This document shows positions 48,601 to 62,224 of a DNA stretch of 64,000 bases, piece after piece; position 1 is the first letter of the stretch; the number at the start of each line of letters is the position of its first letter. Origin of the DNA: Camelus dromedarius (lineage: Eukaryota). Both the position numbers and the translations under genes were made by a program. The notes under the pieces are model-generated. The model did not search any database. It saw only the letters and a list, made by a program, of their open reading frames with translations, and was not told the DNA's origin. The stretch covers positions 16,616,001-16,680,000 of the forward strand of contig NC_087464.1 of NCBI RefSeq assembly GCF_036321535.1, given 5' to 3'.

Positions 48601-51600
48601 ATTAAGCAGTTTTTCTTTTGGTGAACAGTATGAGGTACTAAACAGTGACTACCCTTATAGGGTAGATATAGGTAGCTGAGTTGAGTGGACAAAACAGGAT
48701 TGATAATGCTGTTTGTATTCTTTTTGAATTGTTTTATTTTTGGTTTCTCTTTTGGCACTTTGAGGAAGGTTCAGTGGGATGGTCATCAGGGAGATACCTT
48801 GTTCCTAGAATTAACATAAATGGGAGGGAGCCCTTCGAGAAGAGCCCTGTCTTTGTATCACACTTTGGGTTTCTAAGCACTTTTATATCCATTGTTTTGT
48901 TGGATTCTCTCTGTAGCAACATGAAGTAGACAAACTGTACAAAGTGGAGAACAAGCCAGCTCTCAGCTCCAGTGAACAGTGAGTATCTGGGAAGGTCTGT
49001 CTCAGCTCCAAGCTGGAGGAGGTCCCTGCACATTTGCCTTTCATGGCTCCTTGGCCAAGATCTGCACCATGATATTTGTGATACGGTTCACCTCCCTGCA
49101 CTTCTACAGTTTCATCCATTAGTTATGCTTTAGCCTCTTGATTTGTCCCCCTTCCTGCAGTTCCCCCCTCCCTTGTCTCTTCTCTCTAACCCAATCTACC
49201 ATCTTTAACCAGATTGATTAATCTTTCAAAAATATTTTCACTGTGCCCCTCTCAAGAACCTTCAAGGCTTCCTTTACTTACTGAGTGAAGTCCGCATCAC
49301 TCACCACAGATTCCCAGGCCGTCTCCAGGGAGGCCTCACACCCCTTTTCCAGCCCGGTCTCTCAAAGATGCCCTGGAGCTTGACTCAGTATGCGCTCTCA
49401 CGTGCTTCCAGTTCTGTGCTCATACCTCCATGCTTTTGGCCACTCTGACCACCCTGCCTGAAATTCTTTCCTATCTTCACTGCTCTTGTAAAAATACCCA
49501 GCCTTCAGAGCCCAGCTCCCCTCCTCCATGTGGCTCTTAGTTGCCATCCCAGGGTGATTTTCTCCTCCTCTGGATTTGCATGGGGTTTAGTGTTTGTCCT
49601 GTTCACTTGGCACAGTCAGTCACATACTGCCTGTTGTCTGTTTTCTGTTTTTATTTTTTATATTTCTCAACCTAAGTAATGTACACCCTCCCTTGGAGGA
49701 AAAAAGTTCTCCTAGATACATAGAGAATACATCCATGAACCCCAGTTTGAAAAGCATTATTTTATATACTTTCTCGTAATGTGTTTTTTAACGCTTGACT
49801 GTTAATCTACTCCATACATAGGTGCATCTTATTTTGCCCAATAGACTGTAACTTATTTGAGAGCAGGAGCTCCTGGGTCCACCATAGGGCCAACAAGTGC
49901 CCCCAGCTCACCCCAGTATACCTGTCTTATCAAGGGGAGTCTCCTATGGTTGATATGTGGTCGGCCAAGAGAGCTGGCATGGCTTTGGCTGGGGTGAGAA
50001 CTGTAGCAAGTGGTGAAAGGGTTGACATTGTTCCAGTTTCTACCAACTTCATTATTTTTCTTCATGAGGTTTTTTTTTTCCCTTCTCTCCCATAGATTGT
50101 GCTTCTTGGTCAGACCTCGCATCAAGAATATGCGGTACATTGCTAGTGAGTGTGCTGGGCTGTTCCATGTAACTGAGACCTGGGGAAGCATGGGAAGGTC
50201 TAAGGGCCTTGGCCGTAAGAACCCTTTAAAGAGAAAAGACTTGCTTGGGCTGGCCATCCCCCTTGTAGAGGCTCTCCACTTCCTTGCTCCTAGTCTAACA
50301 AGTGGCCCATGGCATTCTAGGTTGCATCCCTTCTGTCTGTAGGTCTTGTCAATGCTGACAAATTGGCTGGCCGAACTCGTAAATACAAAGTGATCTTCAG
50401 CCCTCAGAAGGTGAGTTTGGATCCTGGTGGGCATGGGATAAGATAGAACAGAATTGGGAACTGGGAAAGGGGAGGGGAAGGGGCCAACAGCTGTATCTCC
50501 CTCTAAGCAAATTATGTGTGACTGAACAAAATATCTGTCATTGTCTTTTCTTTAATGTAGTCCTGATCATTTAGCAGAGGGTCTGTCATCAAACTTCCCT
50601 AGATAAGATTGTGGGATTATGAGAGGTGGCATCTACATAGATTTCTTTTCTTTTCTCTTCTTTTCTCTAATTGAAGTATAGCAAGTTATAATGTGTCAAT
50701 GTCTGGTGTACAGCATAGTGTTCCAGTTATGCATATAGATACATATATTCATCTTCATATTCTTTTTCATTAGAGGTTATTACAAGATATTTAATAGAGT
50801 TCCCTGTACTATACAGAAGAAACCTGTTTTTCATCTGTTTTTATGCATAGTGGAGACTTCTTTAAATGAAAAGATTGACAGTTTTGAAGTAGAACCTACT
50901 ATGTATACCTTCTAACACAAATTCCTGTATGGTAATGGTACACAACGTTATGGCTTTTCAATGACTTTCTACCTATATCCCTTTAATAATAAGTATAATA
51001 AATCATCCCTCACCATGCTCCTCTAAGGCATGTGGCTGGGCTTTCCCTGGGTTGTTAGAACTATACCAGTGTACTTTGGAAAAACCTTTTCTTGCACAGG
51101 AAGGGAAACTTAGAGACCATTTTACTGTACCTGACTTCGAGTAGCTTAGGAAACTGAAGCCCACAGTCACACAGTGAGTTAGCATAGCCAGGCTAGGTTT
51201 CTTCCGTCTTTACTTCAATAACTGCAGTGTTTGGTGATCTATCAGAGTATCTCCGTTTCTCGATTCCATCGAGCTCCCCTCTCATCCCCACATCAGTGGG
51301 GTGCATCGTAGGTACATCCTCAATCTCATTGATTGGGAGGAATGATGTACCAAGCCATAGACCTATAAAAGCTATACCAAGCAGTGCATACCACACCTAG
51401 AGCAGGTAGAAATTAAACTGGAAAGCACAGGGATTTATTCCTTTGCTATTTTCCTAAGAAAATTCTAGAGAAAATAGCAGCAGGTAAGACTAAAGATGCT
51501 GAAGCCAAACTGTTTCAGTGTGAATCCTTGCTTTAGCACCTATTACCTGTGTGATCTTGGAAAAGTTATTTAACTGTTCTGTGTCTTAGTTTTCTCATCT

Positions 51601-54600
51601 ATAAAATGGAGTTGATAATAGTGCTTATCTTTTTTAAATGAGATGACTTTCAGTTTCTGTTGAGATGTCTAGTGGAATCACAGGCTTCTACTGTTTTCTT
51701 ATCACATAAAAGGACTAAAAGGAAAGAACCAATGACCTTCCTTTGAAGATCATTTGAAGATTGATAGCACAATTTTACAGCTATTTATTTATTTAGTGTT
51801 GGTTTCTTTTCTTTCTTTCTTTCTTCTTCTTCTTCTTCTTTTTTTTTTTTTTGTGGGGAGAGTAATTAGATTTGTTTATTCATTTTAATGGAGATACTGG
51901 AGATTGAACCCAGGACCTCATGCATGCATACCCTCTAAGGTATACCCTCCCATCACTGAGCTATACCCTCCCCAATCTTACAGCTATTTATCCTGTTCAG
52001 GAATACAAATATATCAAGTATAACATTGTTGTTAGGGCAAGGAAATTATTGAGTCAAATAACCAATCAGAATTACAAGTTGCTTTTGAATGTTATTAAAG
52101 GAGCTTTAATAATAATTCCTAGTTTTTGGAGTCTCACAAAACCCTTTTTTTCAAATTTTACTTCCAAGAACAGATCTGTTTAAATAGGGAATAGGACAAG
52201 TTGGTAATAGTTTCAAATAATCCTGTAAACCTCCATATCACACAGAAGAACAAAATCGATATTGATATTTTTAAGTGAATTTTCTCTTTCTAACACCCTA
52301 TCTAGTCAAATTCTTTGACCTAATTTTCCATCACAGGATGATCTCTCCCTCATTAGCTGTAGGGAAGAGGAAATCTTTATCTCTTCCTGAGACCCTTTTT
52401 GTTAATTGTGAACATTGGTAGTCTTCAAACCAGGCTCTGGAATTCCATCAGTTAGCATTAGAAGTAGGCCCTTCAATTTCAGTTTTACTGACAGAAATGA
52501 GTGAGGGGTAATTAGGACTCTTCTGTGTAACCATAAAACAAGGAGCACATAGCATTAATCTGCCACATCTCATACAGCTTTGAGCGTCAAGAGAGGTAAT
52601 CCTTCTGAAACACTAACAACAATGCCTAGTACATGTAAAATGCGTCCTACACACCCACTGTTATTATTGTCATCATCCTTATTAGACGGAAGTGCCCTCA
52701 ACTTTCTTATTACCTTCAAATGTTTCATCCTTTTCCTACCCATCTCAAAGGAGGATGAGCCACTGGCCTTGTCCCATCTAAGATCAGCAGCTCACCCGTG
52801 TTCTTGGCTCCATCTCTGCCTTCCTCCTCCACTCTCTTGCTTCATCAGGTAGACTGTTTATATCTTCAACCATGTCGGTCTCTTCTAAACAGTTCTCCAT
52901 CCTTCATCTCTTGTCCCTATCAGGGACTCTCCCTTCTTTCATGGCCAGGCTTCTGTGAGGAATTATCTGCTGTCACTGCTTCTGCTTCCTCACATCCACC
53001 TCCATCTTTTCATCTAGTCCCCTAAGGCCTCTGTTGTCAAATCCAGTGATATCTATTTTATGTTCATCCTCCTTAACTTATCTGTCAGTGGACACTGTTG
53101 CTCATTCTTCTTTGAAGCTCTGACCTCCTCTGCCTTTAGAGGTGCCGTTTTCTTCTGGTCCCACCTCTCTATGTATTCTTCCTCAGTCTTCTCTGCCAGG
53201 TCTTGGACTGTGCACCCTTTTAGTTTTGGTTCCCTGGAGTCCTACCCTTAGCTCTCTTCTCTCTGTGTGGTCTTTGGACAAACCACCCACTTTAAATGCA
53301 TCATATGTGCCATTGACCCCCCCCCAGACTGTATGTCCAGACCTCCCTCAGTGTCTCCAGAGGTCCCATGGACATGTCCTAACCAGAAGTCCCTCCATCC
53401 TCTCTCACGCACTGTGCTTTACCTACACCTGCTCCTCCTCTTTTTCTAGAACCTCTCATGCCCTTCTTCCCATCTCTGCCTGCAGGACTCACCCTTCCAT
53501 GACAGTTGAAGTCCCTTCTCCTTTGTAAAGCTTCTCCAGTCTCTCAGGAAGAAAAATACAATCAACTTAATGACTAAATAAAATGGCTGAAAAGGAAACA
53601 AAGCATTAGGCTAGATGATAACGGTGGTCCTTTCTAGATCTAAGAGTCTGGGTTTGCTAATCTTTTTCATTGGGTTCAACAAGTGTGGTCCTCAGCAATG
53701 ACCACAGAGGAACTCCTAAGAAATGAAAAGACCAGAGAAGACGGTTACTAATCAGCTTCCCTTTCTCTTCCAGTTTTATGCGTGTGAGATGGTGCTTGAG
53801 GAAGAGGGCATCTATGGAGGTGAGAGGAGACGAGTGTGAGTGGAAGGGGGAGGGCATGTGGAAGAAGGACATAATGGTTGTTCCCATCTCCTCCTTTCCC
53901 ATGTCTCATTCCTGTCGGCCTATCGGGAGGAGAGGGTCCTGAGAATAGGAAGTCAGACCCCAAATTAGAACACTAGTGAGACAGCGTGAAAGGGATGCCA
54001 GGGTTCCAGTTGGAAATTACCAGCCGCTGTCCTCTCACCTTTCAAGACTTCCACCAGGAGAAATTGTGTCTTCTTTCTCTGTGTTTGCCTCACTCCATCC
54101 TCCATGCAACACAAACCTGGTCATGGTACTCCCCGCTAGAAATCCTGCAGTGGCTCTGAATAAAGCCCAGACTCCTCAGCGTGGCTCCTCCGCCTCTTCA
54201 GTCTGGCCCCTTCCTGGCCTTTAGCCTCATCACATGCCTCTCCTATCTCCCAACTCACTACCCTACAGCCCTGGGGACTTCACACATCTGTTCCTATTGC
54301 CTAGAATATTCCTCACTCTACAACTTTTTGCCTACCTAGACCATACTCAAATTCTAAGCCTAATGTCACTTTTTTAGGGAGGTCTTTCCTCTACCCCTAG
54401 TTGAGGTTAGATCCCTGAAATATTTGTGTCCATGGATTGCTGTTTTACTTCTTTGGAGCACAAAACTAATTACGTTTGTCTGGTGCTCAACTCTCTTTCT
54501 ACACTGGAGGCTCCAGAAGTTAGGAGTGTGTCCCTCTTCACCACCACATCCCCAATGTTTAGCCTGGTGCTTGCACATATGTGGCTTTCAGTCAGTATTT

Positions 54601-57600
54601 AATGAATAGTGAATGAATGTATGTTTTGCCAGCACGCTAATGAAAACACACCATTTATCACATTGTATTATAGGCTGTTATGTACGTGTCTCCTTTCCTT
54701 ACCAGCCTGTGGGCCCCTTCTGGGCAGAAACTGTACCTTATTCATCTCTGAGCATCCTGTGCTTAGTGCAGTACCTGGCGTGTGGCAGGCACTCAGGAAT
54801 TTTTGCATGACTGTGGTGGACCATCCTTTTTTTTTTTTAATACATTTTTAAATTAAAAAAAATTCTTATTTTGGGGATAGGCAATTAAGTTTATTTATTT
54901 TTAGTGGAGGTACTGGGGATTGAACCCAGGACCTTGTGCATGCTAAGCAGGAACTCTACCACTTGAGCTATACCTCCCCCGTGGACCATCCTTCTTAATG
55001 TGGAGCTACGTGCCTTCTGCAGGGAGGCTGATGCTCTCTGTACCCACAGATGTGAGCTGTGACGAATGGGCCTTCTCTTTGCTGCCTCTTGATGTGGATC
55101 TGTTGAGCATGGAACTCCCAGAATTTTTCAGGGACTACTTTCTGGTAAATGCAGGGCCCTTGGGTCTTGGCATCGAGGGGTGGGGACAAACATGGGGTCC
55201 CGTGGGCTAGAAATGTGGATTTAACCTTCGTCCAACTCATGTAATTTATTATGAGTGATCGTGATTTGGAGATTGAATGTTACTGGTTGATGTCCATGGG
55301 GCTTCCTTTGGGATCAATGAAAATGAGCTCTTTCAAGCATTGCCCAGACCCTGCCTTTCTGCTCCAGGGCTTCTAGGCCTAGCCACTTTCCAGATGGATC
55401 TGTCGGGCTGATCCATATCTTTGTGGCCCATGTGGTCCCTGCAGGAAGGAGATCAGCGCTGGATCAACACTGTGGCACAGGCCTTGCACCTCCTCAGCAC
55501 TCTCTATGGACCTTTTCCTTACTGCTATGGAATTGGCAGGTGTGCCAAGGTGAGCAGTTTTGTTGTCCTGATAGTCCCTATTTCACCTGCTGTCTACCCA
55601 CTGAGGTTGTTCATGGGCACCTGTGATGTGAGGTATATTCTTTACTTTGCTTTTATTGCTCCAGAATAGGCCTCAGAGAGAGCTTGTGTGGCTAACAGAA
55701 TGGCAAGAGCCAAGGTCCTCTGGGCAGCATTCCTAAATCTTTAGGGGCAGAGATATTTCTTCACTGGTGTGGGGGAGGATGGGGAGGGATGGACACAGAT
55801 GGGTGTCGAGTAGGTAATATTGTTAATAATTAGCTTCCCTCTTGGGATCAAGGAGAAGTGTCACATGAGGTATCAAAGAGGTTGGGTTCTGTAGGAGTGG
55901 GGCTGCAGTACGGACCTGGACATAAGATTGAGAATTTCTTGGGTCCTGGCAGATGTCACATGAATTGTGGAGGAACCTGGAGGAGGAGGAGGATGGTGAA
56001 ACCAAGGGCCGAAGGCCAGAAATTGGACATATCTTTCTCCTGGACAGAGGTAAACTATGCTCAGCACTCCTCTCATCCGTGGACCTAGAAGACATGAGAA
56101 TGTGGAAAACATGGTAACACAGTTAGGATCCTCAAGTTGGGGCTGTAAATGCCAGTGTTAATTGGGATCATGGGCCCTTGGGCCCCTTGGAAGGCACTTG
56201 AGCTGATACTGAGCAAACTGGGTAAGAGGCTGCGTCAGGGAGGACCCTCATGGTCAGGGATCTCGCTTTCAGACATGGACTTCGTGACGGCACTTTGCTC
56301 CCAGGTGGTTTACGAGGGCCTGGTGGATGACACCTTCCGTATCAAATGTGGTAAGTGGCATCTCGGCGGGATGGAGGTGTCCTCAGCTCCTGGAGCCTCC
56401 CGCGGTGGGGCGGGGCTTGTGGGAGAGACCCAGACTCTGACTATTTGGCAGGGCTTCCAAATAGTTTGGGGGGCCTTTAATGGCAGTTCAAGAAAGGGAG
56501 GAGAAGGAAGGCCTCATCAGAGATCCTCATAGCTGTCCCCTCTGCTTTCAAAGGGAGTGTTGACTTTGGCCCAGAAGTCACATCCTCTGACAAGAGCCTG
56601 AAGGTGCTACTCAATGCCGAGGACAAGGTGAGTGCTTAGGTCCCAGCAGTGGATTTACCCAGGGCCACTGCTTCCATGAGGCTGTGGGTCCCGGTGCTGG
56701 GAGTGGAGGCTGAGTCCCCCAGAGAGAGGGATGCCCCACCACTTAGAGTTTACCCCAGAGCACGTAGCAGGGATTTGACATATATGTATTGATACCAGTG
56801 CAGATGTCTTGGTACTTTTGCTGGAACAGCTGAGCACTCTTCCTGTGCTGTCATGACACTGATGAGGTAGGAAGGAACAAGGTGAGGTTCTGTACAGTAA
56901 GTTCTTCCTGTCTTGTTCCCCTCACAGGTGTTTAATGAGATTCGTAATGAGCATTTCTCCAATGTCTTTGGCTTCTTGAGCCAGAAGGCCCGGAACTTGC
57001 AGGCCCAGTATGACGTGAGGCTCCCCGCCCAGTTCTCTGTCTGCTTCCTCAGTGGCTCCCCTTCTGATACTAGAGTGGGTGGGCACTGAGGGAGGGTAGT
57101 GGTTGCTCACATCTGAGGGCAGAGAGGTTGAACTCATGGGACGTCCCCACAGCGCCGGAGAGGCATGGACATCAAGCAGATGAAGAACTTCGTGTCACAG
57201 GAGCTCAAGGGACTGAAACAGGAGCACCGCCTGCTGAGCCTCCGTAGGTTTCAGCTTGAGGGCAGGGTGAGGGAATGCTGAGAGATTTGCCCCCAGGAGG
57301 AGGTCCCCGTCATCTGGCAGATAATGCTTTTATTTGGTCTAAAGTGGGAAGAAGTGCTTTTGCATTTTGCCTTAAGAGGTTTTTATTCTTCTGGACAATA
57401 AAGAGACATCCTTCTTGAACCAGGACTATGTCAGCTCCCCTTCCATCCTCTCTGCAGATATTGGGGCCTGTGAATCCATCATGAAGAAGAAAACCAAGCA
57501 GGACTTCCAGGAGCTCATCAAGACTGAGCATGGTAACTTGGCTACTTCTCACGCTCTGCTTCCCTGGCTCCCAGCCCCAGCCCACCCTGAAAAGATGCTC

Positions 57601-60600
57601 TCTGGCTCTTTCCAGCTGATGCTGGCTGTGTGGAATGCTGGTTCCTGCTAGAAGTCCTGGGGTCCCCTTAACCCACCCCAAGGATGGAGAAAGAGATGGG
57701 GAGACAGATGCCCATTAGCATAGACGGCAACAGCTGAGCTGCTCCCCCAGTAACAGGCTGTCCTCTGATTACTCACAGCGCTACTGGAGGGCTTCAACAT
57801 CCGGGAAAGCACCAACTACATTGAAGAGCACATAGACCGGCAGGTGAAGTGGGGTGGGGAGGGTGAAGGATGTGGGGATGTGGTGGGAATGGCATTTAGA
57901 GGTGGGGCTCAAGCAGAAGGAAGAGGGGAGAAGAATGCGTTATGACACTTGAATTCTCCTTGCCTCTTTCTTCCTGTGCAGGTGTCACCTATAGAAAGCC
58001 TTCGCCTCATGTGCCTTTTGTCCATCACTGAGAATGGTGAGTCCCAGGGACAAAAGATGCCAGATTGAAAAGCTAGACCTTAGGAATGGAATAAATCATT
58101 TTGAATGAGAGAGAACTATCTTAGCAGACAGAATGTTTCTGTGTAATCTTGTGGATTCTTTCCCCTGTAAAATAAAGCAGTTTTTGTTTTGGGTGAAACA
58201 GGTCATAGAGTAATTTATTGTCCCAGCCCTAAGCAGGACCATATCCAGGCCCCTAGAACAAGGCCTGTCCCACCATAGGACTGCAAAGGGGTAGAGCTGG
58301 GCAGCAATTCTCTCATCATTCCATCTGGCCTCCTATCCTCAATAAGATTTCATAATAAGGACACAGTCCAAGAAAAATCAATTTCATAAACATTTTAAAA
58401 GCCTGGACTGCCCAACCTTTCATGGCAACTTGTTTTGACTGTTGAAGTCTTCCAATTAGTGAACATTCTTTAAGGTTGTTCCTACCCAGAGAAGTAGTCT
58501 GCTTATTCTGGATTCCCTTTAGTGTAGTTGGAAGCCCATTTCTTCTTACCTCTATGGAGAAAAATGTCTAAGACGGCACTTTGGGAACTCATTTAAACAC
58601 CTTTCCTATTGCTCCGTAGCTGTAAAGCAGTTCCCAGGAGAACTGGCCCATAGCCTGGAAGAAAAGCCCAGGAAGGCCCTCCTCCTCCCTTCTGCTGCAT
58701 CCCACCGCACCTCCCACTACGGATTGGATTCGCATTCGTTTCAGTGTTCCTTCCTCAGGGCTCTTCCTTGGAACTCTCAGATCCAGGCTTTATAAAGTTT
58801 TTAATAAGCAAACTTAAATTTAGGAGTCAATTTAGAGTCAACTGCATAGGATGTAAGGTTAACATCATTTACTGATGCCTTCCTTCTGATTAGGGTTTTG
58901 GGTTTTTTTTGTTGGTTTTTTGTTTTGGTGGGGGGAGGAGGGTTTGCTGGTTGGTTGGTTTGGCTATACACTTTAGGACACCTCAACTGGCTCATGAACC
59001 TGTTGTCATGAACCTTGATTTTCCTCAGGTTTGATCCCCAAGGATTACCGATCCCTGAAAACCCAGTATCTGCAGGTAAGGTCAGGAGAATGCATTCTTG
59101 AGGGAACTTGGTGGAGGGAGGTCATTGGACATTTTTGAAAGAGGCAAAAGAAATGGTCCCGTTCTTGCCCACATCACCACCCTGTTCCCATGTGGCCTCC
59201 CTCTCAGAGGTTGTGGGGATAGTCACCCCTCAGCACACAGAGACCCTTCCCACTGCTGTTGTATCACTCTGCTCGCCTCTCATGTGGCCAGTGCAGGGGG
59301 AGTTTGTACAGTTCAGCTATTGGACCCAGTGGTGAGTTCTTACCCCTGGACTCTCCCTCCCTTTAGCACCTTGAGAGGCAGTGATACAGCTTTCCTTCCA
59401 GGTCTTCCTCAAGTCCTGCCTCATCTGTGAAGCCTTCCCCACCATCCTTACATCCATAGCTTTCTGAGTTCTTTCATTGTTTCGTGCTGCTTTTATTCTT
59501 CTTTGGTGTTTGGTTATTTCTGGCATGAAAATCTTTCCCACAAACAAGAGTGAGCTCCTCAGGACACAGACTGCATAATCCTTCACCTCGTGTCAGCTAA
59601 CAGTGCTAGACCCCTGGCAGACGCTCGGTAGAGAGCTTCATTGCATTTTCTTCAGAGCTATGGCCCTGAGCACCTGCTCACCTTCTCCAATCTGCGGCGA
59701 GCTGGGCTCCTAACAGAGCAGGCCCCGGGGGACACCCTCACAGCTGTAGAGAGTAAAGTGAGCAAGCTGGTAACGGACAAGGCTGCAGGTGAGCAGGAGC
59801 CCAGGTAACCTGTTTCCCCTCCTCAGCTGTTGTTGCCTCTTCTCAACAGGCAGAGCACCCTGAGAGGGAAAGAATGAGCTGGGGGTTGGGGGAGGAAGTG
59901 ATTCCTTACTGTTAACTGTCCTCACTGCCACTACTTCTGCTAGTAAGAGCACTTTCCGGTTAGTGAACACTGATGTGCTAAGCCCTTTAGATACAGTTCC
60001 TCATTTAATCCTCATAGAGTTTCTATATGGTAAGTTTTATTATCTCCATTTTACAGATGAGGAAACTGAGACTTAGAGAGGTTAAGGGACTTGTTCGAGG
60101 TTCCTCAGTAAGTCAGATTTGAACCCAAGTCGGTTTGACTCCAAAGGTCATACACTTAACCAGTAAACTAGGGTCACCCTGTAGATTGCATTTAGTAGAC
60201 AGCTGGTACCCTGTAGGAGAGGGAAGACTGTGAGTGGGAAGAGTGGTGAATGTCTTCATCAATTCCAGGGAACTAGAGGTGACTAGCTTTGAGGGGGATC
60301 TTCAAATGTGATAGGTCTTGCTATTTGAGAAGAGGTGGTCCTCTTATTTTCTGGATGGTATAGCCTGTGGCAGCATCATTAATCCATAAACCTTAGATGA
60401 AACTCAACACTGATTTCTTTCCCAGGAAAGATTACTGATGCCTTCAGTTCTTTGGCCAAGAGGAGCAATTTTCGTGCCATCAGCAAGAAGCTGAATCTGG
60501 TATGTAGAACAGGGGTGGGTAGGGGAGGTGACAGGTTCAGTCCTCTGTGGAGTACTTTGAATCCACAAAATCTTCTCTGTCATTTTGTTTTTATAAAGAT

Positions 60601-61960
60601 CCTTTCATTTAGTAGCATTATAGCATGAGCTTAATTTAATAACAAGAATAACACAAAGATTCATTCATTTAATAAACACGTAACAAGCAGCTGCCAATGT
60701 CACAGAATATGCTAAGTGCTGCTTCAGTGACAGACCCATCCCATGTCACTGAGGGGTCAGAAAGGGGCAGCCTTCCCTCTTGCCCTTCTTAGGGAGCATG
60801 GGAACTCATTCAAGAGAATCAGCAGGTACTGAACAGCTTTCATCTTCAGTTACGGATTCTTTTTTTTTTTTTTCCAGAGGTAATTGCTGGTTCTCCCTTT
60901 AGTTGAAGTATGAACTGTTCTTAGGGATATGCCACTTTTCTCTGACCCTGTAAAGGCCTAGAGGGTTGAGTTGTCACTTGCCTCATGCAGTCCCTTTTAC
61001 CCTCTAGATCCCACGTGTGGATGGCGAGTATGATCTGAAAGTGCCACGCGACATGGCGTATGTGTTCAGTGGGGCTTATGTGCCCCTGAGCTGCCGAATC
61101 ATTGAGCAGGTGAGAACAGGTGACTTGCTCCCATTCATATTTCATGCTCTCTGCTTTCTCTTAGTCCCTGGCCTGGCCTAGTTTTTAACTACCCTAGTGA
61201 CTGGCAAGAACCCTGGCAGTCTGACTGCTACTCGACTTGAACCTAGCACTTGTGCCTTCCCAGGTGCTGGAGCGGCGAAGCTGGCAGGGCCTGGATGAAG
61301 TGGTGCGGCTGCTCAACTGCAGTGAGTTGGCATTCACAGGTGAGTGGCCTTGACCGGCAGAGGGTGGAGGCGGGCTGGGTGGACTGAGAGGAGGGCTGGA
61401 TGCATCACCCAGTAGAGTGAGCGAGCGAGCAAGTGAGCTGGGTGAAAAGCTGAGTCTGGTCTGATATTCGCAGACATGACCAAGGAAGACAAGGCTTCCA
61501 GCGAGTCCCTGCGCCTCATCTTGGTGGTGTTCTTGGGTGGCTGCACGTTCTCGGAGATCTCAGCCCTCCGATTCCTGGGCAGAGAGAAAGGTGAGAACCA
61601 GCCTCCATGGGATCCTGAGGGCAGCACTCAGGAAGCCTTTTTTACTGGGCTCTGGGTACCACTTGCTGCCATTTGCTGTGGGCTGAATAGCAGGGAGCCC
61701 GGTTCCAACAAGCTTGCATGGCAAGTTGCTGTGCCCAAGAGCATGGCACTGATGTCTCTGTGTCTGTAAACTGGTACTCTGACCCAGCTAAGGCAGTGGA
61801 ACTGGAGAGGCTTGACATGGCTCATGTTGGGGACCTAGTTCTGCTCTCAGTCACATATGGTGGTGCTTTTGACTCCTTAGGGTACAGGTTCATTTTTCTG
61901 ACAACAGCAGTCACCAACAGCGCTCGCCTTATGGAGGCCATGAGTGAGGTGAAAGCCTGA
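45603..61960 (+). CDS. VPS33B: Vacuolar protein sorting-associated protein 33B (Sec1/Munc18 family), 617 aa
   Basis: 23 exons: 45603-45698, 48476-48556, 48917-48978, 50096-50145, 50343-50410, 53774-53819, 55050-55144, 55445-55549, 55953-56049, 56273-56350, 56554-56627, 56928-57014, 57153-57243, 57458-57532, 57779-57843, 57982-58036, 59029-59075, 59656-59788, 60426-60499, 61008-61109, 61264-61339, 61474-61590, 61881-61960 (1854 nt); [19 protein letters not shown]...[10 protein letters not shown]. Confidence 0.98.
47469..47692 (-). mobile_element. MER20 (hAT-Charlie) full-length copy in VPS33B intron 1
   Basis: Reverse complement of the MER20 consensus (...tttctcaacct...ggatgtttagcagcatccc...cccactagatgc...aaatgtcccctg..ggcaaaatc...gaaccactg); 8-bp TSD ccctacat / ccttacat. 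Confidence 0.9.
50641..50855 (-). mobile_element. Antisense L1 3' end in VPS33B intron 5
   Basis: Same L1 3' text as 43970-44160 (attgaagtatag...ttccctgtactatacagaagaaac). Confidence 0.75.
51853..51973 (-). mobile_element. tRNA-Ala-derived SINE, internally rearranged
   Basis: Reverse-complement B box (ttgaacccaggacc) and A box (cactgagctata) with a T/CT-rich tail upstream. Confidence 0.8.
52640..54815 (+). mobile_element. L2 remnants on both sides of VPS33B exon 6 (approximate; exon 53774-53819 lies between them)
   Basis: L2-like text ending in cagtacctggcgtgtggcaggcactcag. Confidence 0.5.
54829..54980 (-). mobile_element. tRNA-Ala-derived SINE, antisense, just upstream of VPS33B exon 7
   Basis: Perfect 13-bp TSD gtggaccatcctt at 54816-54828 and 54981-54993. 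Confidence 0.93.
59950..60165 (-). mobile_element. MIR SINE (other MIRs at about 2770-2900, 5850-6050, 16400-16520, 29940-30150, 51490-51640)
   Basis: MIR core ccattttacagatgaggaaactgag. Confidence 0.8.
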
Positions 61961-62218
61961 AGTTTTCCCTGCCTGTGTTGAAGTCTTCCCTGGACACATT
62001 CCTCGGATACAGGAGTTTGACTCCCAGCTGCTAATAAATGTCTACCAACTGTCCTACTAAGAGCTGGGAGCAGGGAACTTATTTGGGATTTAGAGAAGAA
62101 ATCTGAGGAGAGCGTTCACTTCCTGCCCCCAGGATATTTCTTTTTGTTTATGAGGTACAGTCAGTGCTGATGAGGAGGAAGGGGATCTTTTGCTAAATCC
62201 TGTTTAAGTATCATTGTA

Positions 62219-62224
62219 AATAAA
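62219..62224 (+). terminator. Poly(A) signal of VPS33B (another AATAAA at 62033-62038)
   Basis: AATAAA 260 nt after the stop. Confidence 0.65.

Noticed and set aside
49853-50434. 193-aa minus-strand ORF in VPS33B
   Set aside because: Antisense shadow over exons 4-5 and introns with no coding features
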